Assembly (NCBI GenBank): GCA_038205935.1
Contig: JBBRBK010000031.1
Coordinates: forward strand, 1-22,775
Direction of reading: 5' to 3'
DNA: 22,775 nucleotides
Source of the DNA: Campylobacterales bacterium
GTDB taxonomy: Bacteria; Campylobacterota; Campylobacteria; Campylobacterales; Sulfurimonadaceae
Shown piece after piece: positions 1-8,866 of the stretch. Each line of letters opens with the position of its first letter. The first letter of the stretch is position 1. The notes beneath the pieces were generated by a model. That model saw only the letters and a list, made by a program, of their open reading frames with translations, ran no database searches and was not told the origin of the DNA. The translations under genes and the position numbers were made by a program.

Positions 1-139
1 GCTCACGCTATTTCAAAAAATTTAGAGTATTAAAAACAGCATCCGGCCACTTTATGATAAAATGGCTCCATAGAAAATATCTCTTTTACGGTGGCCGGAT
101 GTTCAGCGCGTTTGGTGGCCCGTTTGAACGCTATACGCA
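1..139. mobile_element. Terminus of an IS21-family insertion sequence (element continues off the left edge)
   Basis: Reverse complement from 139 reads TGCGTATAGCGTTCAAACGGGCCACCAAACGCGCTGAACATCCGGCCAC: a TG terminus plus GGCCAC repeats at 91-101 and 115-125 (24-bp period). The same repeats occur at 22651-22732. Confidence 0.8.
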
Positions 140-300
140 ATCTTCCGCCTGAAGCCAATGATCATCCATTACTTGGTGAGTGGAAAAGCTTTCGTGAATT
201 TCATCTCGGAGGCGATCTATTGTTGATTTATAAAACTGATCTAGAAAACAATCAAGTAGTTTTAGTTCGTATTGGTTCTCATAGTCAACTTTTTAAGTAA
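140..300 (+). pseudogene. yafQ: YafQ-family mRNA interferase toxin, 3' part only (5' end cut off by the IS end)
   Basis: LPPEANDHPLLGEWKSFREFHLGGDLLLIY...LVRIGSHSQLF carries the YafQ motifs (DHxLxGxW, RExH, DxLLIY, RxGxHSxLF). The first 16 codons of track ORF 91..300 lie inside the IS end. Confidence 0.85.
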
Positions 301-869
301 TTTTCATTTTGCTAAAAGATAAATAAAATAAATTTTATTTTAAGGATTAAAAAAAGCGACATTGTTTCTTAACCTCGCCCAAATTTATTAGATCATTAGC
401 CCTCCATAATTTTCTTACTATGTTAGCAATCATTTTCACTTCATTGCAGGTAATACCTTTGGGAAGATTCCTAGAGTGCATTAGTAAACACTTCTCTATA
501 TTTTCTAAGACTTTCATGGTAATTACGCCGTGGCTGAACTTAGTTGATTTATATTTATCAGAGAATTATGTATTTCTTCTAAGATAATCTTTGCGTGAGT
601 ATTATGTTCAGCATCTTTTTGTATGTCGTGATATATTATATTTTTAGTAGCTATAGTATCATGAAACATAAAAGGAGATTACTAACTCAACTCGCACCTA
701 AATCCCAACAATTCTTGAGTGCTACTTCGTAATGTAGCGATGATACTCATGAAATTTTCATTTCTATTTACAATGGTTTCAATTTTAACTATCTTGTTCT
801 ATATCGGGGTCATTCCAATTTGATGCATATTTATGCGTCTGCAATGAATTAGAGGAGCACTTAAAAAAA

Positions 870-1055
870 TTAATGATTAGCCACATATGACACAAATTTT
901 TGATGTATATTTTTTTCAAAAATCACAACATCACCAATAATTTTATCAGCTTGTTTTATAACTTCATCTTGCTTGTCCGACATAGATTGCATAGCTTGCT
1001 GAATAAGTTTTTTTCTATTTTCTGGTTTCAACAATGGATTCATAGGTTTAGTCAT
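870..1055 (-). CDS. Small hypothetical protein coupled to the zeta-like ATPase (possible antitoxin-like partner)
   Basis: Its ATG overlaps the upstream TAA at 1055; 61 aa, helical and charged. Confidence 0.6.
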   Translation of the reverse strand: MTKPMNPLLKPENRKKLIQQAMQSMSDKQDEVIKQADKIIGDVVIFEKNIHQKFVSYVANH

Positions 1056-1723
1056 TATTTACCTTTATACTCTGGTATTATTTCTTGAAAATAATCACTA
1101 CTAATATTCTCATAATAGTTATTAGTTCTTTTATCCACAACATTTAAAATTATATTATCTTGAAACACTTTTTTTATTTCAAAAGTTGTCATTCTTGATT
1201 TTATTACACTGTCAAAAAATACATCTTCTGGCACAACCCTAGAAGTAACTGATTCTCTTTTTTTAGTATATAAAAAACATTTTTCTAAATCATTATAAAT
1301 ATAAAATATCTCAATTTTATAATCTGCTTTTAGTAATTTTACCATATTTTCTTTAGCTGTTTGAAAGTGGGATAAGTTTGAATCAACCACAAGTGACAAC
1401 TCTCTACTTTTTATGATTTCATCAAATAAGAACTGAATACCCCAACTTGCAGGTTTTTGAAATATGTCGCTGTTATTTCCATTATAACCAATAGGAATAA
1501 AAAAGTCTCGGACCTTGTCTATATCCAGATGAACTAGATTGTTTTCAACTTCTAAAAACTGTTGAATAAACTCTGTTTTGCCAGCACCACTTGGACCAGC
1601 TGTAAAATATGCCACTTTTTCATCAATAGGAAAATATCGATCAAGATACGTTTTAAATAAAAGCTCTCTATTATCTTTCAAATATTTTATTGCTTCTTTT
1701 TCAAATACCATTTTACTTTTCAT
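1055..1723 (-). CDS. Zeta-toxin-family P-loop kinase/ATPase
   Basis: Walker A AGPSGAGKT, HLDIDKVR, SLVVDSNL and RESVTSRVVPED lid. Start moved to ATG 1723, 7 nt below TATAAT; ATG 1711 is an alternative. Confidence 0.8.
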   Translation of the reverse strand: MKSKMVFEKEAIKYLKDNRELLFKTYLDRYFPIDEKVAYFTAGPSGAGKTEFIQQFLEVENNLVHLDIDKVRDFFIPIGYNGNNSDIFQKPASWGIQFLFDEIIKSRELSLVVDSNLSHFQTAKENMVKLLKADYKIEIFYIYNDLEKCFLYTKKRESVTSRVVPEDVFFDSVIKSRMTTFEIKKVFQDNIILNVVDKRTNNYYENISSDYFQEIIPEYKGK

Positions 1724-1730
1724 AAAAATA

Positions 1731-1736
1731 ATTATA
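1731..1736 (-). promoter_or_regulatory. sigma70 -10 box, probable leaderless promoter of the zeta-like gene
   Basis: TATAAT on the minus strand, 7 nt before ATG 1723; no SD in between. Confidence 0.5.
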
Positions 1737-1809
1737 TCTAAAATAGAATACAGAAATTTTAATAGTGAATAAGCTATCAAAACTGTCACCTAAAGTGTCA
1801 CAAAAATTA

Positions 1810-1855
1810 TTGTCGGATAAGGAATTGATTTCACAATCAACCCCTTATCCGACAA
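1810..1855. repeat. Nested inverted repeat (13-bp outer arms, 6-bp inner arms)
   Basis: TTGTCGGATAAGG 1810-1822 / CCTTATCCGACAA 1843-1855; TTGATT 1825-1830 / AATCAA 1835-1840. Confidence 0.85.
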
Positions 1856-1948
1856 ATTACTCGATCATAAAGACCCTACCATGACTCAACGGTACGCGAA
1901 ACTATCCCTGATAGTTCATTCGATGCCGTTAACACGATGTTTGCGTAA
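1854..1948 (+). pseudogene. Tyrosine recombinase/integrase C-terminal remnant
   Basis: KLLDHKDPTMTQRYAKLS (box II His and catalytic Tyr), then after a 1-nt frameshift PDSSFDAVNTMFA*. Confidence 0.8.
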
Positions 1949-1983
1949 CATAAGCAACGATAGAGACTGCTATCTTTTAAAGA

Positions 1984-2015
1984 TCAATACCCAATGTTAC
2001 ATCATTGGGTATTGA
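1984..2015. terminator. 13-bp hairpin downstream of the integrase remnant
   Basis: TCAATACCCAATG-ttacat-CATTGGGTATTGA. Confidence 0.55.
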
Positions 2016-2515
2016 CGCTTATAGCTCTTTTATGTGTCAGCCTGCGAAGCACCTAAAAAGACAAATGCTGGAATTGTATTAAAAGTGAGGTTATCGCAAA
2101 AAAACTTTTAAACATGCCACAGGAAATGTGGAGGCTGGAACAGTTTAGATGTGAAGTGAAGCCAACCTTATGGTTTTGGTCTCCTTCTAATGCAAAAGTA
2201 ATCCTATCTTTTAGCCATTATTTGAAGGCAACCATCACTGTGGTTTTATTATCTTAAGGTAGGAGCTTTTATAATTATTTGTTCGCAGTGTAATTAAACA
2301 AACAATGCAACTATTTGATACTAAATATCTTAATCTAAAATAATATTACAGTGCCGTAAACCTCAAAAATAACTTTCCGTACACTTATAGTTTCCGATCC
2401 TATTTTTCGTACAAAAAATGAGGGCGGTGGACAGTGATTTTGATGTGTCGTAGGAGTGCGCGAAAATCATATGTTTAGTGTCGTGAAGCATACAAAACAA
2501 TTTCTTCTGGCACAG

Positions 2516-3388
2516 CTAAAAACACCACTGTAATCGCAGGGTTGTTTGATGATCGGCTTTGAAACCATTTTCAATATGTACGTCTTGTGCATGGCGAAGA
2601 ACTATTTGTGTTCCGAATAAAAAAATTGCTCCTCCAAGCATGAATTTTGAATTATTCGGTTCATCGTTTTGTTTGACTCCATTGATAGATGTTTCACCGC
2701 CTCGGTTGATTTGATACCCTGCAAAAATTCCAACAATTGGAATGGGGCGATAGCGAAGATAACTTGTCAAGGCAAAGCTCGGATCTTGTTTTATTTTTTT
2801 ACCTCTTGCATTATCATTGTCACCAAAAAAAGCTATCTCAGGTGAGAGTTCTACAAAAAGTTCTCCTGCACTGTTGTGTACTATTCGCTTAACATATCCT
2901 GCCGATAGTGTCGCTTTATAGCGGTTCTCACCAATATTTATGGCGCGTGAAGCATCATAGCTTCCAAGCGGTATGGAAATCATCGGAGTAATAGCAAAAT
3001 ACTCCATGTTTTCTTTATCATTGTAAAGCCATGTTGTCATGCCCAATCGAACATCGCCATACCCTGATGTCTCCTTTGGGTAAAGCATCTCTAGTGTTGC
3101 TCCATCAAAACTATTTTTTGCATGAAATCCTACGGCAGTAAATGCAGTGGTGTAACCATAAAACTCTGTTGTATATCCAACACGAAGCACTTGGAGTGAT
3201 GTATTCATGGTCTCATCTAAAATTTTTGTGTCATGGCGATACACTTCATCTGCGTGTGATTCACTAAAATACAGAGTAGTGACTAAATCTCCAGACTTGT
3301 TAGACACATAGTCAGTGGGATAAATGTCGTTTTGTGCGGCGCACAGGGAAGCGCCTAAGATGATGATAGGTAAAAGTGTTTTTATTAT
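2516..3388 (-). CDS. Outer-membrane beta-barrel transporter, SphA / MetA-pathway-of-phenol-degradation-like
   Basis: GYGD..., PLGSYDASRAINIGENR motif, amphipathic strands and terminal LQWCF. The frame extends 27 codons above the track start to ATA 3388, with SD AAGGA and signal peptide IIKTLLPIIILGASLCA. Confidence 0.75.
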   Translation of the reverse strand: MIKTLLPIIILGASLCAAQNDIYPTDYVSNKSGDLVTTLYFSESHADEVYRHDTKILDETMNTSLQVLRVGYTTEFYGYTTAFTAVGFHAKNSFDGATLEMLYPKETSGYGDVRLGMTTWLYNDKENMEYFAITPMISIPLGSYDASRAINIGENRYKATLSAGYVKRIVHNSAGELFVELSPEIAFFGDNDNARGKKIKQDPSFALTSYLRYRPIPIVGIFAGYQINRGGETSINGVKQNDEPNNSKFMLGGAIFLFGTQIVLRHAQDVHIENGFKADHQTTLRLQWCF

Positions 3389-3516
3389 GATTGAATCCTT
3401 TAGTGTGGCAATGCGATTTCAAAGCGAGCACAATTATAAAAATCGTTTTTAAATTTTATACTTTTATTGTACAAAAATACCAAAAAAATGTACCCTTATG
3501 AGAGTTTTAAACTGCT

Positions 3517-5412
3517 TTACTCATTTTTAATCCTCAAATTGTGTGCTATTGTAAACCTAGCCCCATGTTGTGTATTTTCTACATCAATGCTTCCATTGAG
3601 ACGCTTTTCAACCAAGAGTTTTACAAGAGCTAGACCCATTCCTGAGCCATTTTCTCCTTTGGTTGTATAGTCTATTTCAAAAATATTTGATATTGGAGAT
3701 GTAGAGATGCCTCCTGCGTTATCTTCAAACAAAATCTCTATAGAGCTTTCATTTTGATTGACGGTGATAGATATAGTTTGGTTTGGGGCTTTACCTATTT
3801 GTTCAAATTGAGCGATGCTGTTATCTATTAAAGTCATAAAAATATTGGCAAGAGTATTTTTTGAACTGTTTATTTTGATGCTAGTTGAACAGCTGATTTT
3901 TAGATCAATATTTAAGAGTGTCAGTCTATCTTTTTGGAAGCGATATGCAAGATTTATGGAGTCAAATATTTGAAACTCTTGCAAAGTGTTTAAATTTGTA
4001 CATGAATCATACACATCATTTACTGTCTCTTTCATATAGACGATAGTCTCTGACATTAGCCCAATGTGCTCTTTTATCTCTTTTGGAAATGTACCTTTGG
4101 TATCACTAAATGCAAGCGCTCTAAGATAAAGTACTTGCGAACCTAGTTGTGAGAGAGGCTCTTTCCACTGATGCACAGCCATACCTATACTTTTGCCAAT
4201 TGATACAAAACGAGCTTCATTTATTATCATAAGGTTGGCTTTATCTCGTTCATTTCGAATCGTCTTCACCCAGCTTCCTAACGCCAAAGAAAACATCAAA
4301 GCTTCTATCAAAACCGCAACAGGAACTGCGTATTCCATAGCGCCTGAAGCAGTTTTTCCACCTATAACCATGGCTAGATACATTAGTGAAACAACATAAA
4401 TTCCCTCACCTAAAAGATAGTACCAAGCGCCCGCATAACCTTTATATACCGAATACATTGCAACCAATAACAAAATCAGTAAATTCGTAAAAACTTCAAT
4501 CATAAAATAGTTTGTATAGTCAATGAATGATGTGTCTATATATGTAAATAAAAAGAGTACAAAAAGTAGAAAATTTACGCCAGCCATGAAACCCAAAAGA
4601 GTGTAAATCGGTCTGTTTGTGCGGTAAAAATCAAAAAACAAAATAGTAAATATATTTAATGCACTTATCATCAAGTATGCAACAAACCAAGTGCTAAGCG
4701 TTATTGTTAGAAGGTCAATACCGATATTTAAAAAATACAAAATTCCATTAAAAGCGTACTGAAACCAAAGCAAAAGTGCTGCATGGATAACATAAAATAA
4801 AAACACCACTTTTTTAAGATTGGCATACATGACAAGATTGTAAAACATCAATGCAATCATCAATCCACCGAAGATTCCCCAAAACCAGAGGTTAAAGCTA
4901 TTTTTATAACTGTAATGGCGTGTTGATGAGATTTCCCAAGTAAAATCATACGATCCAAGATTTTTATATCTACTCACTATGGTCATGGGTTCATTAGGTT
5001 TCAGTGTGAGATAAAAAACACTCTTCGCTGATAATATAAAACGACTGTTTTGTGACCTTAAATCTCCAAGAACATGCTTTTTTACAAGATTGTTATTTTG
5101 GTATAAAAATACATCTATCTCATCCATCCCAGCTCGTGGATTTGAGAGTACGAGCGAAACCGTTTCATTGCTACTATTTTGCAAGTCAAAACTGCTCCAA
5201 AATATGCTCTTAGAGTAACTGGCATAATTTTTAGGATAGCGTTTGAGATTAGTGCCAAGTAAAACATCATCATTACTGAAGCTATGTTGCACATCTTCAA
5301 AATTGAGCGAAACAGCACCGTTTGTTGCATAAGTAAAATCTTGACCTACTTTAAGCACAGATGCTTGGATAGATAAAACAAGGAGTAGCAGTAAAGTAAA
5401 AACTCTTATCAT
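3517..5412 (-). CDS. 7TM-DISM sensor histidine kinase
   Basis: Signal peptide, DISMED2-like extracellular domain, 7 hydrophobic helices, H-box HQWKEPL, N-box LIDNS, DNAGG and GSGMGL. Confidence 0.9.
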   Translation of the reverse strand: MIRVFTLLLLLVLSIQASVLKVGQDFTYATNGAVSLNFEDVQHSFSNDDVLLGTNLKRYPKNYASYSKSIFWSSFDLQNSSNETVSLVLSNPRAGMDEIDVFLYQNNNLVKKHVLGDLRSQNSRFILSAKSVFYLTLKPNEPMTIVSRYKNLGSYDFTWEISSTRHYSYKNSFNLWFWGIFGGLMIALMFYNLVMYANLKKVVFLFYVIHAALLLWFQYAFNGILYFLNIGIDLLTITLSTWFVAYLMISALNIFTILFFDFYRTNRPIYTLLGFMAGVNFLLFVLFLFTYIDTSFIDYTNYFMIEVFTNLLILLLVAMYSVYKGYAGAWYYLLGEGIYVVSLMYLAMVIGGKTASGAMEYAVPVAVLIEALMFSLALGSWVKTIRNERDKANLMIINEARFVSIGKSIGMAVHQWKEPLSQLGSQVLYLRALAFSDTKGTFPKEIKEHIGLMSETIVYMKETVNDVYDSCTNLNTLQEFQIFDSINLAYRFQKDRLTLLNIDLKISCSTSIKINSSKNTLANIFMTLIDNSIAQFEQIGKAPNQTISITVNQNESSIEILFEDNAGGISTSPISNIFEIDYTTKGENGSGMGLALVKLLVEKRLNGSIDVENTQHGARFTIAHNLRIKNE

Positions 5413-6095
5413 AATGGGCGAAAGATATAACCAAGATCTTTGATTGATACAATGACATCAACAGGAATCTTTTTGCGAAGGCGATAGACTAAAGTACGCA
5501 GCGCATTTGCCTCAACGCCATTTTTAAATATCTCATTTTCTATAATCTCTTTTGCTACTAAGCTCAAAGGGGAACTCAGCAATATTTCTAAAAAAGAGGA
5601 TTTATTTTTTGTGAGTCTCTGCGAGTAAGTAGCACTTTCAATAGTTTTTTCAACATAGTTATACCTCACCCCATCACTAAGATGAGCGGTAAGTTTATTG
5701 AGCTTAATCAAAATCTGCACAGCTTCTTCAAGTGCTTTATAAAGCTGGTCAAAATCTATTGGCTTTTCAAGATAGTTATTTACACCCGTTTTGATAGAAG
5801 AGAGAAGTTTTTCTTTGTCAACATAACTACTAAATATTAATATAGGAATATCCCTATCACTCTGGCGAATATACGCTGCCACTTCACTACCATCAGCAAT
5901 GGGCATAATATAATCAAGGATAACGATGTTTACTCTATTGGAATTAAAAAGTTCAATTGCTTGCGCACCATCCTCTGCAACTATAACTTCTTTGACAAGC
6001 AAAGAGAGAGATTTAGCAATACTTTCTCTAGTTATTGGATCATCTTCCGCATAAAGAATAGTCATAGATTTTAAAATATCTTTGATTTTAACCAA
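5409..6095 (-). CDS. OmpR-family response regulator
   Basis: Receiver motifs YAEDD, ILDYIMP, LEKP; winged-helix LRTLVYRLRKK...GY; 4-nt overlap with the kinase; TTG start with AAGGA SD. Confidence 0.92.
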   Translation of the reverse strand: MVKIKDILKSMTILYAEDDPITRESIAKSLSLLVKEVIVAEDGAQAIELFNSNRVNIVILDYIMPIADGSEVAAYIRQSDRDIPILIFSSYVDKEKLLSSIKTGVNNYLEKPIDFDQLYKALEEAVQILIKLNKLTAHLSDGVRYNYVEKTIESATYSQRLTKNKSSFLEILLSSPLSLVAKEIIENEIFKNGVEANALRTLVYRLRKKIPVDVIVSIKDLGYIFRPL

Positions 6096-6160
6096 GCTTT
6101 TTTCCTTCTTTTTTGATATTGCACCATCTTTGTATTTTAATTTTTACACAATTATACTAT

Positions 6161-6193
6161 TTGAACATCACATTAGCGTCACATTGAGATTTC
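6161..6193. promoter_or_regulatory. Putative response-regulator box (TCACATT direct repeat, 11-bp period) in the divergent RR/tpsA promoter
   Basis: TCACATT at 6168-6174 and 6179-6185; the 33 bp are identical to 13359-13391. Confidence 0.6.
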
Positions 6194-6259
6194 CTGATAT
6201 TACCGTGATATCAACTCGTTATTATTATGAAAAGTTTTTATAGTTCAAAGGAAAATATC

Positions 6260-8854
6260 ATGAAATACACACCAGATTTTAGCTCACGTTTTCGCATCTT
6301 AAAAGGCGGAAAAATTTCTCTTGTTGTCTCAGCACTCGTTGCTGGAACAACGATGGCTTTTGCCGCGCCAACAGGTGGGCAAGTCACAACAGGTTTGGCA
6401 AATATTAGCCAAAGTGGCTCAACCACCACCATAAATCAATCAACTAACAAAGCCTCCATAAACTGGCAAAGCTTTAGTATCGCTCCAAGCGAAACAGTAA
6501 ACTTTGTACAACCATCAGCATCTTCTGTAACTTTAAATCGTGTTATAGGTGCAACTCCATCACTTATTCAAGGTGTTATGAATGCAAACGGTCAAGTATT
6601 TCTTATCAACCCAAATGGTGTAGTTTTTAGTAGAGACGCAACTATCAATGTAGGTGGACTTGTAGCCTCAACTCTAAACCTCACAGATGCAAACTTTCAA
6701 GCTGGGAATTATGTTTTTGAAGGTAACAGCCAAAACGGTGTTCTCAACATGGGAACCATCACAACTACAAATGGCGGTTATGTATCACTGATGGGTAAAA
6801 CAGTCCAAAATGAGGGAACCATCGTTGCAACAATGGGAAATGTCCAAATGGCTTCAGGAGATAAAATATCTCTAAACCTCAATGGTAACTCTTTAGTAAA
6901 ACTCACTATCGATGAGGGAACTCTAAACGCTCTTGTAGAAAACAAAGGTCTCATCAAAGCTGATGGCGGACAGGTGTTTTTAACGACTCAAGCGCTCAAT
7001 ACTATCTTGGATGGTATGGTAAATAATAATGGTGTCATCGAAGCTCAAACGCTTAATGATGTCACAGGAAAAATTGAGCTTTTTGCTCATGGCGGAACTG
7101 GTAACTTTGGCGGAACGCTCTCAACTGGAAAAGGTGAAGGGTTTATTGAGACAAGTGGAAAAGTTTTTACAAATCAAGCAGATTTGAAAGTTGAAACTGG
7201 AAATTGGTTGATTGACCCCGTAAATATTACGATTGGTGCCAGTTTAGCAACAGCTATTGGGACAGCTTTGAATACTGGTAATGTAACAATTACAACACAA
7301 GGAAGTAATACTCCCTCTACTGCGAGTGGAGAGAGTGGAGCGAATGGCGACATCACGGTAAGTAGTGCTATTACTAAAAGCTCTGGGACAAAGACAAAAC
7401 TTACTCTTGCAGCAGAAAGAGATATCTCAGTTAATGCAACAATTTCCGGTTCTAGCGGTAATTCTTTAGATATTGTACTTGCTTCAAGATACAATGGTGG
7501 TACTACAGGCGGTGTATATGTTGGTGCAAACTTAAAGAGTTTTGGAGGCGACATTACGATTGGAGGAGGCAATATCAATGCAAGTGATTTTGCTATAGCA
7601 CACTCTTCTACTCCTTACGGTGATAATATAGCGGGTGTTTTTATTGGTCAAGCCATTATTGATGCAAGTGGTGATGGAAGCGGTACAGCAAATAATACTC
7701 TTCCAACAGTAGCGACAGGTGGTAATATCGCCATTCATGGTAAAGGTGACTTAAATACTGCTCATCAATTTAATAATGGAGTTTATTTTTATAATGGCAA
7801 AACAATTGGTGTGGTAACAGGCGGAAATGGAAGTATTTATGTCGAAGGTCATGGCGGCAAAGCTGGGGCTCATTTTTGGGATGTTGGTGCAGTAGGTGTA
7901 AACTGGGAATCATCTTCTACATACATAAAAGCAAATAATGGTGATGTTACAATCAAAGGTTATGGTGGTACTGTTGCAGATAGCTATGGTATATCATCAT
8001 CAAATACATTTATAGGTACAAATGGATATCTTAATATTGAAGGTGACTCTTATATGATAAGAGCCGGCACATTAAGTCTTTATGTTGCTGGAAGTGGTGA
8101 CATAAAGGCACCAATGCTTGGGTCTGGAACTTATACTATGGCTAAAACTGGTGCTGGAGTTTTAAATATTTCTGGCGATGCACAAAACTGGCATAATAAT
8201 AGACCGGCTGCAACGGCAGATACACTCACAAGTGGAACTTTCACAGATACAACTAATACAGTAAATTTAGTAAATCTAACTAAAGATCAAGCTTTGTATG
8301 CATTTAGTACAGTTCCAACGATAAATACTGTTACTCAATCAGCTGCTACTCCAATAACTCCACCAGTTGTGACACCACCAGTTGTGACACCACCAGTTGT
8401 AACTCCACCAGTTGTAACTCCACCAGTTGTGACACCACCAGTTGTAACACCACCAAACCAAACAGTAAACAAGGTCATTACAACCATCGTAAACCAAGCA
8501 ACAACAACCCCACCACAACCAAGAGTGATGGAACAAGCACGAACAGAACAACAAACTCAAACTCAAACGAGAAACACAGGAATGCTAGAAAGATTTATGC
8601 CAAAAAGCAATGATGGAACTACTTACAACCTTGTAGGAGCAACAAACGGTAAAAAAAGTGTTCAAACAGTAAGTATGGAAGATTTACAAAAATCAAGCAC
8701 AGCTCAAGGTGGCGGAGTTGGAGAGATTCGTGTCCCACTAGGTCAAGGCAGTATGATAGAACTAGTTAATGGCGGAGTCACACTTCCAAAAGGTGTCAGC
8801 CAAGAGTTTTATGTAGTATCAAATAACAATTCTAAAAAAAATAAGAAAAGATAA
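6260..8854 (+). CDS. TpsA filamentous-haemagglutinin-domain exoprotein (two-partner secretion passenger)
   Basis: Extended signal peptide MKYTPDFSSRFRILKGGKISLVVSAL...AFA; TPS motifs INWQSF, LNRV, NPNG, WLIDP; Gly/Asn/Thr-rich beta-helix body. ATG 6260 has SD AAGGA. Confidence 0.92.
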   Translation: MKYTPDFSSRFRILKGGKISLVVSALVAGTTMAFAAPTGGQVTTGLANISQSGSTTTINQSTNKASINWQSFSIAPSETVNFVQPSASSVTLNRVIGATPSLIQGVMNANGQVFLINPNGVVFSRDATINVGGLVASTLNLTDANFQAGNYVFEGNSQNGVLNMGTITTTNGGYVSLMGKTVQNEGTIVATMGNVQMASGDKISLNLNGNSLVKLTIDEGTLNALVENKGLIKADGGQVFLTTQALNTILDGMVNNNGVIEAQTLNDVTGKIELFAHGGTGNFGGTLSTGKGEGFIETSGKVFTNQADLKVETGNWLIDPVNITIGASLATAIGTALNTGNVTITTQGSNTPSTASGESGANGDITVSSAITKSSGTKTKLTLAAERDISVNATISGSSGNSLDIVLASRYNGGTTGGVYVGANLKSFGGDITIGGGNINASDFAIAHSSTPYGDNIAGVFIGQAIIDASGDGSGTANNTLPTVATGGNIAIHGKGDLNTAHQFNNGVYFYNGKTIGVVTGGNGSIYVEGHGGKAGAHFWDVGAVGVNWESSSTYIKANNGDVTIKGYGGTVADSYGISSSNTFIGTNGYLNIEGDSYMIRAGTLSLYVAGSGDIKAPMLGSGTYTMAKTGAGVLNISGDAQNWHNNRPAATADTLTSGTFTDTTNTVNLVNLTKDQALYAFSTVPTINTVTQSAATPITPPVVTPPVVTPPVVTPPVVTPPVVTPPVVTPPNQTVNKVITTIVNQATTTPPQPRVMEQARTEQQTQTQTRNTGMLERFMPKSNDGTTYNLVGATNGKKSVQTVSMEDLQKSSTAQGGGVGEIRVPLGQGSMIELVNGGVTLPKGVSQEFYVVSNNNSKKNKKR
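8357..8455 (+). repeat. 15-bp tandem repeat encoding (TPPVV)x6 + TPP
   Basis: ACWCCACCAGTTGTR x6 at 8357-8446, plus ACACCACCA. Confidence 0.95.
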
Positions 8855-8866
8855 GGAGCCACCAAT

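Noticed and set aside
345..830. Minus-strand frames with in-frame stops (MHQIGMTPI*...SATA*; MKVLENIEK...RFF*)
   Set aside because: Possibly a decayed gene, but no recognisable family motif.
8357..8455. Tandem repeat as a CRISPR array
   Set aside because: No spacers; an in-frame coding repeat.
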